Source: an uncultured bacterium (GTDB taxonomy: Bacteria > Patescibacteriota > Minisyncoccia > Phycocordibacterales > UBA9973). Taken from it: DNA of 48,489 bases. Shown here one piece after another: positions 1 to 9,002 of this stretch (position 1 is the first letter of the stretch; each line of letters opens with the position of its first letter). Below the pieces are notes generated by a model. That model worked only from the letters and a program-made list of their open reading frames with translations, was not told the DNA's origin and searched no databases. The position numbers and the translations under genes were made by a program. The DNA is taken from positions 1 to 48,489 of the forward strand of contig CAIVBM010000033.1 of NCBI GenBank assembly GCA_903904195.1. Reading direction: 5' to 3'.

Positions 1-1
1 G

Positions 2-109
2 ACAAACCCGAGGAGCATCAATTGCGCTCTAGAAAAATATCTGCAATACTACAATCACGAACGTTTGCATCTTGGCTTAAATTTAAAAACGCCTTCCAAT
101 TTTACTTAA
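2..109 (+). mobile_element. 3' end of a DDE (integrase-core, rve-type) transposase gene, truncated by the window edge
   Basis: Frame 2 reads ...ALEKYLQYYNHERLHLGLNLKTPSNFT*. This matches the C-terminal YNxxRxHxxLxxxTP signature of IS3/IS481-type transposases. Stop at 107-109. Confidence 0.55.
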
Positions 110-246
110 AGTGATTCCAAGCTATTGGTTAGAATACGGACTTCCGGTCCATTTTCCGTAATGGCAATCGTGTGTTCAAAATGCGCGCTCGGCTTCCTAT
201 CAGCTGTGCGAAAGGTCCATCCATCGTCGTCTATTGTCACATTTTT
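106..246 (-). pseudogene. Remnant of the C-terminal ~45 codons of a second methionine aminopeptidase gene
   Basis: Minus strand reads [46 protein letters not shown]. This parallels the C-terminus of the intact map at 1898-2677 ([41 protein letters not shown]). There is no upstream MetAP body, and the fragment is GC-richer than the native map. Confidence 0.6.
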
Positions 247-428
247 TGTTTCCTTGGATCTTCCAATCCTTTACCTTCAAGAAAATCAGTTACAACGGCA
301 TCATCATCTTTGGGCTTTTTGCCTTTCTCTACCATATCTTCAAGTTTTCCACCTTCTGAAAAATCTGTCATGATAGCATCATCTTGAGGACTTTTATGTA
401 AATCTCTTGGATCAAATTGTTCTTTCAT
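237..428 (-). CDS. Hypothetical acidic 63-aa protein with an internal ~22-aa tandem repeat
   Basis: ORF track. Repeat units are [16 protein letters not shown] and [16 protein letters not shown]. It ends at an A6 run, one frame away from the MetAP remnant. Confidence 0.3.
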   Translation of the reverse strand: MKEQFDPRDLHKSPQDDAIMTDFSEGGKLEDMVEKGKKPKDDDAVVTDFLEGKGLEDPRKQKM

Positions 429-429
429 T

Positions 430-726
430 TTATTTAGCTAACTTAACTTTCAAAGCTTCTATTTTTGCTTTATCTTCAATATTTTTCTTGGCTTTATCTA
501 TCTGATTCATAGCCTCTAAGCCTTGCTTTTGAACTGCCGCTATATCTTCTATACTCTTTGCCTCATCTGTCAAAGCCTCTTCAAAAAATGCAAAGGCTAG
601 CTTGTCTTGGACATCTTTTGGAAACTTTGTTAAATTATCAATCAAAAACTTTCGAGCACCGACTTCATCACCTTTATCTACAAAGGCAAGAAATTCTTTA
701 TATAAGTCTAAAAATGTATTGTTCAT
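430..726 (-). CDS. Hypothetical helical 98-aa protein
   Basis: ORF track. Tightly packed behind 731-1825. No recognisable motif. Confidence 0.45.
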   Translation of the reverse strand: MNNTFLDLYKEFLAFVDKGDEVGARKFLIDNLTKFPKDVQDKLAFAFFEEALTDEAKSIEDIAAVQKQGLEAMNQIDKAKKNIEDKAKIEALKVKLAK

Positions 727-730
727 ATAA

Positions 731-1825
731 TTAGTTAAATTTTCCTTTCATATCATTAATATTTTTCGCAAAAAAAGCGGAAAAAACAATATCCCATAAT
801 CCACTACTTCCTTCTTTGTATGTTTTTATCTGCTCCTTCATAAAATCATCTCTAAATTTTTCTTTTCTACCCACATCAAATGAATCATATGTCGGTTTAG
901 TTTGTTTTCTTTTTGCTTCCTCCCAAGATTCTAGAGCTTTCTTTTCACTGAAAGATCTCTTTTTTGCTTCACTAAACCCTCTTCCAGATTTTTCTGGAGC
1001 ATTTTCCCCAATTAAAGATCCAGAAAAGGCTCTCCTCATATCATCATTACTATTCAAACTAGCAAAGAGTGCAGCACCGATATTTTTTTGATGATCATTT
1101 AATTCAGCAACAGAATTATTAAGTAAGGTTTCAGAACCTTTTATCTCTTCTAGGGTGGTATCCTCTTTTACTTCCTTAATAAAACGCCCACCTTTAAATA
1201 TTGAATAAATAGCTCTTTTATAAAAAACATTTGTTCGATTAGCTAATTCCTTTAACGCTTTTTCTTTTTTATCTGGATCTTCTATTGCAAGAGCATCTTG
1301 ATATTCCTTTGGATTTATTCCCTTATCTTTCAATAATTTCTCAATTTCTTCCTCATTTTTTTTATATGAACCATTTTTAAAATCTTCTGTTATTTGTATA
1401 GTACCAAGAAGCTTTTTAAATCTGTCCTCGTCAGTAATAGCGATATTTTTTAACTGACTTTTTACCATTTCTGCTATTTTTTCAACACCTAAGACGCCTG
1501 TTGCTGCTGCAAAATCTGGATGATTATGAGCAAGACTCATTATATTTTCTTTAGTTAACCATTTTTCTATTTCTTCTGCTTTTGCCATCTTTTCTAAGAA
1601 AACTTTTCTTTGTTTATTAAGAAGGGCAAGATCAACCTCATTAAGCATTTTTCCAGCAACCCTTGTCGCAAGATCTTCTTCTCCGATGCTTATTAAAAAC
1701 TCACCAAAAAGATGAGATTTTTCATTATCCTGCATTACTTCCTCTAAAGTAGGTCCTTTAATGACGGGCTCAACTTTCTCTTTTTTTTCTTCTCTGCTCT
1801 TTTTAATAGAATCAAATATTCCCAT
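731..1825 (-). CDS. Hypothetical 364-aa Lys/Glu-rich protein
   Basis: Long ORF in native AT-rich composition. No recognisable motif. Confidence 0.6.
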   Translation of the reverse strand: MGIFDSIKKSREEKKEKVEPVIKGPTLEEVMQDNEKSHLFGEFLISIGEEDLATRVAGKMLNEVDLALLNKQRKVFLEKMAKAEEIEKWLTKENIMSLAHNHPDFAAATGVLGVEKIAEMVKSQLKNIAITDEDRFKKLLGTIQITEDFKNGSYKKNEEEIEKLLKDKGINPKEYQDALAIEDPDKKEKALKELANRTNVFYKRAIYSIFKGGRFIKEVKEDTTLEEIKGSETLLNNSVAELNDHQKNIGAALFASLNSNDDMRRAFSGSLIGENAPEKSGRGFSEAKKRSFSEKKALESWEEAKRKQTKPTYDSFDVGRKEKFRDDFMKEQIKTYKEGSSGLWDIVFSAFFAKNINDMKGKFN

Positions 1826-1897
1826 ATGTTTGCTATTATAAAACTTTTATTATTAATAAGCTATTTAAAAATGTTACCAAAGTATTATCCACCTTTT

Positions 1898-2677
1898 CTA
1901 TAATCTTGTCAATATCTCTGCTTCTCCCTCGTTAATCAAAATAGAATGTTCAAAATGAGCACTATTTTTCCTGTCAGCTGTGCGAAAAGTCCAATCATCA
2001 TCATCATCTATGGTCACATTTTTAGTACCCATATTTATCATGGGCTCTATAGCTATGACCATCCCTGGGACCAATTTATCTCCTTTGCCCTTTTTACCAA
2101 AATTGGGAACAAATGGATCTTCGTGTATTGCTTTACCTACGCCATGCCCCGCTAGGACCTCTACGATTCCGTACTTGTTGTCCTTTTGAGAACGAACAAA
2201 TTTCTCTATCGCATAGCCTATGTCGCCAGTCGTGTTTCCTCCTTGTGCTGCATCTATACCCACTCGAAGCGCCTTTTCTGTCACTTCTAAAAGTCTCTGA
2301 TTAGCTTCACTTATCTTACCTACAGGCACAGTCAGCGCCATATCAGAAAACATACCTTTGTGTATAAGTCCTAAATCTAAAGAAACGATATCACCTTCTT
2401 TTAGTATTTTATTTTTATTTGGAATTCCATGAACAACTTCATCATTTACAGAAACGCAAAGCGATGCAGGAAAAGGAGTTCTAGCTCCGACTGGACGATA
2501 ATTTAAAAAAGCTGGTTCATCCCCCATTTCTTTTATCAATTTAAAAGCATAATCATCTAAATCTTTTGTAGAAATACCTGGTGCTACTTTTTCTTTTAAT
2601 TTATAAAGCACGATGGCTAGATGTTTGCCACCCTCTCGTAATATTTCTATTTCTTTTTGAGTTTTAATTATTATCAT
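1898..2677 (-). CDS. map: Methionine aminopeptidase type I
   Basis: Pita-bread fold metal-ligand pattern (DIVSLDLG, HGVGKAIHE, VIAIEPM, FEHSI). Canonical position at the end of the spc cluster. Confidence 0.92.
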   Translation of the reverse strand: MIIIKTQKEIEILREGGKHLAIVLYKLKEKVAPGISTKDLDDYAFKLIKEMGDEPAFLNYRPVGARTPFPASLCVSVNDEVVHGIPNKNKILKEGDIVSLDLGLIHKGMFSDMALTVPVGKISEANQRLLEVTEKALRVGIDAAQGGNTTGDIGYAIEKFVRSQKDNKYGIVEVLAGHGVGKAIHEDPFVPNFGKKGKGDKLVPGMVIAIEPMINMGTKNVTIDDDDDWTFRTADRKNSAHFEHSILINEGEAEILTRL

Positions 2678-3354
2678 TTTATTTTAGTACCTATAAATTC
2701 TTCACTATTTAGACATTTCTCTAAATTAACAATATTTTTACCATTTAGTATCACAACTTCAAGATGAAGTTCTTCTGCTTCTTTTGCTGCAATCGGATCA
2801 AATGGTACATTAGAACCCGGACCCCAATCTTTTGGAAGAAGATTCCTAAAATCTATCCAAGAAATTTCTTTTATACTTTTTGCATCTTTATATTTTTTGG
2901 GGTCTTTGTTATACACATAGTCAATATTAGAAAGGTTTATCAATCTTTTTGCTTTGATATTTTTTGCAATATGCACAGCAGCTAAATCACTACTATTTCC
3001 AGGTTTCCATCCAGCACCGAGCATTATAGGCTTATCAGTTTTCGGAATCATATCTGGATTCATTATTATTTTATCAAAAGCCAAGTCGCCAAAAGAAATC
3101 CGAACCAGCTCAGAATTAAGCCGTGTTGCAGCTATACCAAGCCAATCAAGATCATCCTTGGTAGGAGTAGTTATTTTTTCTATTGCCTCATTGTAACGTC
3201 TACAAATCTTTCCACCACCGGTAATAATTGAAAATTTCTTTCCTTGCTTTACTTGAGAAAGAATTAAGGTCTTAAAATCTTTTAGAAAATCAATATCTAT
3301 TTGATCAGGAACTATGAGCGATCCACCAAGCGAAATTACGATTGTTTCTTGCAT
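2674..3354 (-). CDS. pyrH: UMP kinase, archaeal-type (amino-acid-kinase fold)
   Basis: GGSLIVPDQIDIDFLK, TGGGKICRRY and DPIAAKEAE track the short archaeal PyrH pattern (GGSVLVP..DIDF, GGGK..R.Y, DPLAAK). ATGA overlap with map. Confidence 0.7.
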   Translation of the reverse strand: MQETIVISLGGSLIVPDQIDIDFLKDFKTLILSQVKQGKKFSIITGGGKICRRYNEAIEKITTPTKDDLDWLGIAATRLNSELVRISFGDLAFDKIIMNPDMIPKTDKPIMLGAGWKPGNSSDLAAVHIAKNIKAKRLINLSNIDYVYNKDPKKYKDAKSIKEISWIDFRNLLPKDWGPGSNVPFDPIAAKEAEELHLEVVILNGKNIVNLEKCLNSEEFIGTKIK

Positions 3355-3356
3355 AT

Positions 3357-3944
3357 TTAATATCCAAGTGCCTTGATAATATCTTGGTGCACTTTTTCTA
3401 CGGATTGCTCGCCATTTACAGTATAAATTTTGTAATTTTCTTTATTTTCAAAATAATTCATCGCCGGCACAACTTTATTTACATATTCATCAAATCTTTT
3501 CTCTATGCCTTCTTTTGTGTCATCAACACGACCACGAAGTAAATTGCGTTTCATCGCTTCTTCTTTCCCTAATTTGATATAAACAATTTTTATATCTTTT
3601 TGTTTATAAAACTCGAGCATTTCTTCCAAGTTTTCTGATTGAATCAACGTACGAGGATAACCATCGAAAATCAAATGTTTTTTGTCATTTAAATCATTAA
3701 TGAGAATATTTGCAACAAGCGCATCTGTTAGAAAATCCGGCTGAAGGTGCCCACGCATCATTGAGTCTTTTAATATATGCCCTGTATAATTACCCGTCTC
3801 GGCGAGTCTTCTATATTCATTACCTGGGTAAACATAGACACATCCTAGTCCGTTTTCCTTCTTCAAAAAATCCATAAGAAGTTTGACCTGAGTTCCCTTG
3901 CCAGAACCCACTATTCCAAAAAATACAAAAGTTTGAGGTTTCAT
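3357..3944 (-). CDS. adk: Adenylate kinase (short-LID form)
   Basis: P-loop GIVGSGKGTQ and the DGYPRT motif. Lies in the usual secY-adk-map neighbourhood. Confidence 0.85.
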   Translation of the reverse strand: MKPQTFVFFGIVGSGKGTQVKLLMDFLKKENGLGCVYVYPGNEYRRLAETGNYTGHILKDSMMRGHLQPDFLTDALVANILINDLNDKKHLIFDGYPRTLIQSENLEEMLEFYKQKDIKIVYIKLGKEEAMKRNLLRGRVDDTKEGIEKRFDEYVNKVVPAMNYFENKENYKIYTVNGEQSVEKVHQDIIKALGY

Positions 3945-3967
3945 AAGTTAAGAATACAAAATTCGGC

Positions 3968-3996
3968 TTGAATAATCAAGGATTTTGTAATAGAAT
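3968..3996 (+). promoter_or_regulatory. Putative promoter TTGAAT-17-TAGAAT for the divergent kinase paralog
   Basis: TTGAAT at 3968-3973 and TAGAAT at 3991-3996. The ATG at 4006 is only 9 nt downstream. Confidence 0.4.
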
Positions 3997-4005
3997 GGTT
4001 TTATC

Positions 4006-4605
4006 ATGGAAAGACTAGGATTTAACATAGTGCTTCTCGGAATGATAACTTCCGGCAAAGATACTCAAGCAAACATCTTAAAAAAGATGTTTGCACTAAA
4101 ATTTGTAGAAACAGGGATCTACTCACGAAAATTATTAAAAGAAAAAAGTGCTAATGGTGACTGGGCAAGACGCACCACAGGAAAAGGACTTCCACTACCT
4201 ACTATTTTGTTACAAAAATTCTTAGTCTCAGAAATAAATAACCGACCAAAAAACAAAGATTTATTATTTTTAGGTGGACGACTCAAACCAGAAGCGCAAC
4301 TTTTAGTAAAAATCATGAAACAAAAAAAAGAAGGATTGCTTGCCTTCTATATTACTTTACCAGATAAAGAAGTATATAAAAGATCTCTAGTACGAAAAGA
4401 AGGAAACATGAAAGAGATATATAAAGTGCTAGATGATAAAAAAATCATCGGCAAAAGAATAAAATGGCACAAAGACCAAGTTGGTAAAACTGTAAAATAT
4501 TACCAAAAACTCAGAATTATGCACAAGATAAACGGTAAACAACCAATTCCAAAAGTCACAAAAGATATCTTAAAAGTTATTAAAAAATATAAGAAAAATA
4601 ACTAA
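4006..4605 (+). CDS. Divergent adenylate/nucleoside-monophosphate kinase paralog
   Basis: LLGMITSGKDTQ is P-loop-like and FLGGRLKPEAQ parallels DGYPRT. Size is Adk-like, and it is the only plus-strand gene in this block. Confidence 0.5.
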   Translation: MERLGFNIVLLGMITSGKDTQANILKKMFALKFVETGIYSRKLLKEKSANGDWARRTTGKGLPLPTILLQKFLVSEINNRPKNKDLLFLGGRLKPEAQLLVKIMKQKKEGLLAFYITLPDKEVYKRSLVRKEGNMKEIYKVLDDKKIIGKRIKWHKDQVGKTVKYYQKLRIMHKINGKQPIPKVTKDILKVIKKYKKNN

Positions 4606-4608
4606 GAA

Positions 4609-5883
4609 CTAATACTCACGCATAGAAACTTGCGCGTCTACTTTCTTTATTAGATCAAGAACGACAGAAACAACGATAAGGATAGAAGTTCCTCCTAGGG
4701 CAATAGCGGTGATACCTGTAAGGGATTGCATTATAAGAGGCAAAATAGCAATAAAACCAAGAAAGATGGCACCGAGTAATGTTATCCTACTCAAAACTTT
4801 AGAAATATAGTCTGATGTAGATGCACCTGGGCGAATACCTGGAATAAATGCACCATTTTTCTGTAAATTTGTAGATAAAGCCTCTGGATCAAAAGTAACA
4901 GCTGTGTAAAAGTATGTGAAAAGAAATACCAATATAAAATAAAGTACTGCATATAGTAAAGAAGTTTGAGAAAACGACATAAGTGTATGAGAAATATTAG
5001 ACAAAATCGCATTACCACTAAAACGTGACAAGAAAGTTCCGATCATTTGAGGGAAAAGGAGGATAGACAAAGCAAAGATTATTGGAATAACTCCAGCTTG
5101 GTTTACTCTAAGTGGTAGATAAGTAGAACCTCCACCATACATCTTCATACCACGCACGCGCTTTGCATATGTCACAGGAATAGGACGCTCGGATTCTGTG
5201 ACAAGCACAATACCTGCGATGACCAACACTCCGACAACAATAAACATAAGGTAAAGCGGAATTTGAGATACATCAAAAGTGAAAATCATCTGATTGATTT
5301 CTGCTGGAAGTCTAGAAACGATACCTGCAAAGATGATGAGTGACACACCGTTACCAATACCAAATTCTGAAACAAGCTCACCGATCCAAGTCAATAATAT
5401 TGAACCAGCGATAACAATAATCAAATCTGTAATTTTATCAAAAGCTGATAAATTTACTAAAATATTCTTACTCTCAAGGACAGCCAAAAGGGCAAAACCT
5501 TGGATTGCGGCTAGAGGAATAGTGAGCAATCTAGAGTATTGTGTAAATTTCTTCCTACCAGCTTCACCTTCTTCATGATAAATCCTCTTTAAAGCAGGAA
5601 CCATGATAGTGAGGAGCTGCATGATGATAGAGCTAGTGATATATGGTCCTACTCCGAGCATGATTATAGAAAGATTGGTAAGTCCTCCTCCAGAGAATAT
5701 ATTCAAAATACCAAAAAACTGATCACTGGAAAGGAATCTGTTAAGTTCAACATTATCAATGTTAGGGATAGGGATAGCTGCAAGAAGTCTAAATAAAACT
5801 AACGCTAAAAGTACAAACAAGACTCGCTTTCTAAGCGTAATGTCTGTCCAAATCAATTTTATTTTACTAAAAAACGTTTCCAT
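4609..5883 (-). CDS. secY: Preprotein translocase subunit SecY
   Basis: 10-TM protein with SecY motifs (GGGLTNLSIIMLGVGPYITSSIIMQLL, RVNQAGVIPIIFA). Follows rplO. Confidence 0.95.
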   Translation of the reverse strand: METFFSKIKLIWTDITLRKRVLFVLLALVLFRLLAAIPIPNIDNVELNRFLSSDQFFGILNIFSGGGLTNLSIIMLGVGPYITSSIIMQLLTIMVPALKRIYHEEGEAGRKKFTQYSRLLTIPLAAIQGFALLAVLESKNILVNLSAFDKITDLIIVIAGSILLTWIGELVSEFGIGNGVSLIIFAGIVSRLPAEINQMIFTFDVSQIPLYLMFIVVGVLVIAGIVLVTESERPIPVTYAKRVRGMKMYGGGSTYLPLRVNQAGVIPIIFALSILLFPQMIGTFLSRFSGNAILSNISHTLMSFSQTSLLYAVLYFILVFLFTYFYTAVTFDPEALSTNLQKNGAFIPGIRPGASTSDYISKVLSRITLLGAIFLGFIAILPLIMQSLTGITAIALGGTSILIVVSVVLDLIKKVDAQVSMREY

Positions 5884-5908
5884 AATTGTGTGGCATTAAG
5901 CCTCGTAG

Positions 5909-6211
5909 TTATTTTATCTTTAACTTCTTTCCTTTTAGTCCAAGACGCTTGCGGATTTCTGAGAATTTCTCTCCTTTGAGAGGAGCCTTGTCACCTTCTA
6001 GGATATAAACCTTCTGAATAGATTTGAATTGATATCCGCGACTCTTTGGCAACCTCTTTATGATATCGCGAAGTTCTGGACGACGCTTGTTACCTGAACG
6101 GGCTGTTTGTCCCTTGCCTCCACGGCCAGAAGTCTTACCATGTCTTCCCCCACGGCCAACGAGACGGTCACCCTTATTCTTATGAATTCTTTTTAAATTA
6201 TGTATCTGCAT
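5909..6211 (-). CDS. rplO: 50S ribosomal protein L15 (short, 100 aa)
   Basis: GRGGRHGKTSGRGGKGQTARSG motif. Lies between rpsE and secY. Confidence 0.85.
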   Translation of the reverse strand: MQIHNLKRIHKNKGDRLVGRGGRHGKTSGRGGKGQTARSGNKRRPELRDIIKRLPKSRGYQFKSIQKVYILEGDKAPLKGEKFSEIRKRLGLKGKKLKIK

Positions 6212-6219
6212 AAAATTTA

Positions 6220-6804
6220 TTATTCTTTAATAACTTCAGCCACAGAAACTTCTTTATTGTTAACAACAGTAGTTTCAGGAATTAATTTTTCATATTTTGA
6301 AGAAATAGGCATAAGAGCTTCCATGACAGCCTTTGCATTGTTCAATTTGTTCTTGCTGTTTGATACTATTTTTCCTGTGACATCTTTCATACCGGATAAT
6401 TTTATTATATCTCGGATTACAGAACCTGCTACAAGTCCACGTCCTTTGTTTGGAAGAAGTTTAACTTTTGAACTTGAGAATTTTGCAGAAAGTTCATGAG
6501 GAATAGACATGGTCTTTGTCAGCTTTAATCTGATCATGTTTTTCTTTGCATTTCTTACTGCTTTGTTGATTGCCAAAGCTGTGTCCCCTGCTTTTCCTAG
6601 GCCTAAACCAACAGAACCTTTTTTATCTCCGGCTACTAAAGCAACACTAAAAGAAAATCTGCGTCCTCCAGCGACGACTCTCGTCACTCTACGAATATTT
6701 AAAATCTTCTGATCAAATTCAGGCTTTACTCGTCCAAAAGATGAACCTCTGCGGTTATTGTTTCTCTTTTGACCTATGCTATTGTTTTCTTTTGATTTAT
6801 CCAT
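6220..6804 (-). CDS. rpsE: 30S ribosomal protein S5
   Basis: RVTRVVAGGRRFSFSVALVAGD and GLGLGKA motifs. Start moved to the ATG at 6804, because the longer ORF to 6867 overlaps rplR. Confidence 0.9.
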   Translation of the reverse strand: MDKSKENNSIGQKRNNNRRGSSFGRVKPEFDQKILNIRRVTRVVAGGRRFSFSVALVAGDKKGSVGLGLGKAGDTALAINKAVRNAKKNMIRLKLTKTMSIPHELSAKFSSSKVKLLPNKGRGLVAGSVIRDIIKLSGMKDVTGKIVSNSKNKLNNAKAVMEALMPISSKYEKLIPETTVVNNKEVSVAEVIKE

Positions 6805-6835
6805 TTTAAATTCGTAATTTTTAATTCGTAATTGT

Positions 6836-7177
6836 TTAAAACTTGAGTCCTCCTGCTCTGGCTTCATCAGCTACTAATTTTATTCTTCCGGTGTATTTGA
6901 ATCCATTACGATCAAAAACAACCTTGTCGATTTTAGCTTTCAAACAAGCCTGACCGATCATCTTGCCTACTTCTTTTGCGCGCTCTGTCTTGGTGCCTTT
7001 AGTCATCTTCATGTCATTTGCTTGAGCTAAAGTTTTCTTTGTGGTGTCATCGATAACCTGAGCGTAGATAAATTTGTTAGAACGAAAAACAGAAAGTCTT
7101 GGGCGTTCTTTGGTGCCACTTATTCTAGACTTGATTTTAGCTTTTAATCTTATTCTTTTTTCTGTTTTTGTTTGCAT
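6836..7177 (-). CDS. rplR: 50S ribosomal protein L18
   Basis: RLSVFRSNKFIYAQVIDD and FDRNGFKYTGRIKLVADEARAGGLKF. Confidence 0.9.
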   Translation of the reverse strand: MQTKTEKRIRLKAKIKSRISGTKERPRLSVFRSNKFIYAQVIDDTTKKTLAQANDMKMTKGTKTERAKEVGKMIGQACLKAKIDKVVFDRNGFKYTGRIKLVADEARAGGLKF

Positions 7178-7201
7178 GTTATTCTTATTCTCTATGTCTT
7201 A

Positions 7202-7735
7202 TTATACTGTTTTCTTACCTTGCTTACGTCTTATAACTTCATTGTCATAACGCATTCCTTTACCCTTATAAGGTTCTGGCTTCTTTAATGCTCGGATGGC
7301 AGCAGTAAAGCTCCCGACTAATTCCTTGTCAATTCCCGAAATAACGATATTGTTCTTGTCTGCTGTAGCAGTGATCGTGTCTGGAATCTTTACAATAACA
7401 GGGTGAGAAAATCCTAAAGCAAAATGAAACTCTTTTCCTTTTACTTCAGACTTGTATCCAACACCTTCTAAAATAAGCTTCTTTGAATATGGAGTTTGAA
7501 CTCCAGCAATCATGTTCTTTATGTGAGAAGCATAAGTACCCCAGAGAGATTTTGAAAATTTATCGTTTCTTTTAATATTTAAAGTTATGACCTTGTCACC
7601 GATAGTGATGGTAATGTCATCTCTGAAAATCTTGGTCAATGTGCCTTTTGGACCAACAATAGTAACAGTAGGGCCATTTTGACTGACTTTTACTCCGACT
7701 GGTATTAATATTTCTTGTTTTCCTATTCTACTCAT
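7202..7735 (-). CDS. rplF: 50S ribosomal protein L6
   Basis: MSRIGKQEILIP, LEGVGYK and PEPYKGKGMRY motifs. Confidence 0.92.
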   Translation of the reverse strand: MSRIGKQEILIPVGVKVSQNGPTVTIVGPKGTLTKIFRDDITITIGDKVITLNIKRNDKFSKSLWGTYASHIKNMIAGVQTPYSKKLILEGVGYKSEVKGKEFHFALGFSHPVIVKIPDTITATADKNNIVISGIDKELVGSFTAAIRALKKPEPYKGKGMRYDNEVIRRKQGKKTV

Positions 7736-7769
7736 ATATTTTATCTAAATTATTTTCACCCAACAAAAT

Positions 7770-8156
7770 CTACCAAATCCTAAATAATGCTTCGCCTCCG
7801 ACTTGTTCTTTGCGAGCATCTCTACCTGATAAAATTCCTTTTGGTGTTGAAAGGACAAGTAAACCAGATCCATTTCTGACTTTGTGAATATCTTTCATCC
7901 CAAAATATACACGTCGTGACTGTTTGGAAATTCTCTCTACTTCAGTAATTTTAGGCTTTTCATCTTTGTAAGAAAGACCTACCTCCAATACAGGTTGATC
8001 CTTTTTGACTTTCTTTGAAATAGTAGAAATGTATCCTTCTTTTTTCAAACATTCCGCTATCGCATTTTTAATTTTAGAATATGGAAAAGACACAGACTCT
8101 TTGCCTGCCAGACTTCCATTCTTCATAACTATTAACATGTTTGAAATTGAATCCAT
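7770..8156 (-). CDS. rpsH: 30S ribosomal protein S8
   Basis: DSISNMLIVMKNG and the C-terminal GGEALFRIW. Start set to the ATG at 8156, just after the rpsN stop. Confidence 0.9.
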   Translation of the reverse strand: MDSISNMLIVMKNGSLAGKESVSFPYSKIKNAIAECLKKEGYISTISKKVKKDQPVLEVGLSYKDEKPKITEVERISKQSRRVYFGMKDIHKVRNGSGLLVLSTPKGILSGRDARKEQVGGEALFRIW

Positions 8157-8163
8157 TTTATTT

Positions 8164-8349
8164 TTACCAGCTAGACTTACGAACGCCTGGTAGCATTCCT
8201 TCATTTGCTAATTCTCGGAAACAGATACGACAAATACCAAAGTCTCTCATGAAAGCATTGCCTCGCCCACATTTAAAACATCGATTTTTCTGTCGAGTGC
8301 TAAACTTTTGTTTCTTTGCCGCTCTGGCTTTTACTGATGTTTTTGCCAT
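8164..8349 (-). CDS. rpsN: 30S ribosomal protein S14 type Z (zinc form, 61 aa)
   Basis: CFKCGR...CRICFRE double CxxC and the C-terminal GVRKSSW. Confidence 0.9.
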   Translation of the reverse strand: MAKTSVKARAAKKQKFSTRQKNRCFKCGRGNAFMRDFGICRICFRELANEGMLPGVRKSSW

Positions 8350-8454
8350 AAATAAATATTGCCCATTTATAGGTGATATCCTATGTCTTTTCTTAAAGAT
8401 TCACTTGAAACCTTAAGGAGAAACATAGATCAAACCTAACTCCTGGACCTTTTT

Positions 8455-8483
8455 ATACTAGCAAATTAGGCAAAAATAGTCAA
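8455..8483 (-). promoter_or_regulatory. Promoter TTGACT-17-(TGc)TAGTAT restarting rpsN-rpsH...
   Basis: Reverse complement of 8478-8483 is TTGACT and of 8455-8460 is TAGTAT, preceded by ATTTGC. The same ATTTGCTA(G/A)TAT block occurs upstream of rpsS and tuf. Confidence 0.55.
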
Positions 8484-8496
8484 ACGAGGTGATTAA

Positions 8497-8994
8497 TTAA
8501 ACTGATGGGATGGTGGGACATTGAGTAGAAATACTCCACCAAACACCCAGCCAAGGACTAGCTCCTGTCAGACAATAGCCTCCATATCTCGTGTCATCAA
8601 ACATATATGAATTTTGAATTATTGTTTCAAATCTGACACGGATTGCATAAGGATGACTACTATCTCCGGCTATATAAGTATAGCCATTCCAGTTATTTCC
8701 AAGAGGATCTGAAGGAAGAGGAGAAAGATAATTAGCTAATAAATTATAAAAATTTGGATCAGTAAAACCTGTTCCTCCACCAATACCAACTTGAGGATAC
8801 TGGCCATAATCAGAATGATACATCTCTAAAGCTTTCATAACTTCTTTAATATCCAAAGTCCTTTTCGCATCCCTACCTCTTGCTCTTGCATCGTTCATAC
8901 TAGTCAACACTACACTTGCAAGTATGGCAATAATAGCTACTACAACCAAAAGCTCAATTAAGGTAAATCCTTTATTTTTATTAAAATTTTTCAT
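8497..8994 (-). CDS. Type IV pilin / pseudopilin with prepilin N-terminal cleavage-methylation signal
   Basis: MKNFNKNKG|FTLIELLVVVAIIAILA is a class III signal peptide with G-1, F+1 and E+5. Confidence 0.85.
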   Translation of the reverse strand: MKNFNKNKGFTLIELLVVVAIIAILASVVLTSMNDARARGRDAKRTLDIKEVMKALEMYHSDYGQYPQVGIGGGTGFTDPNFYNLLANYLSPLPSDPLGNNWNGYTYIAGDSSHPYAIRVRFETIIQNSYMFDDTRYGGYCLTGASPWLGVWWSISTQCPTIPSV

Positions 8995-9002
8995 GTTTAT
9001 AT

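Noticed and set aside
6805-6867. Longer N-terminal extensions offered by the ORF track for rpsE. The same applies to rpsH (to 8204), the M50 protease (to 22861), secE (to 30657), pilM (to 40295), tatD (to 47364), the 2-TM protein (to 48131) and thyA (from 25804)
   Set aside because: The extensions overlap the preceding gene or hairpins. Several begin with non-ATG codons, and internal ATGs line up with the conserved N-termini of the families.
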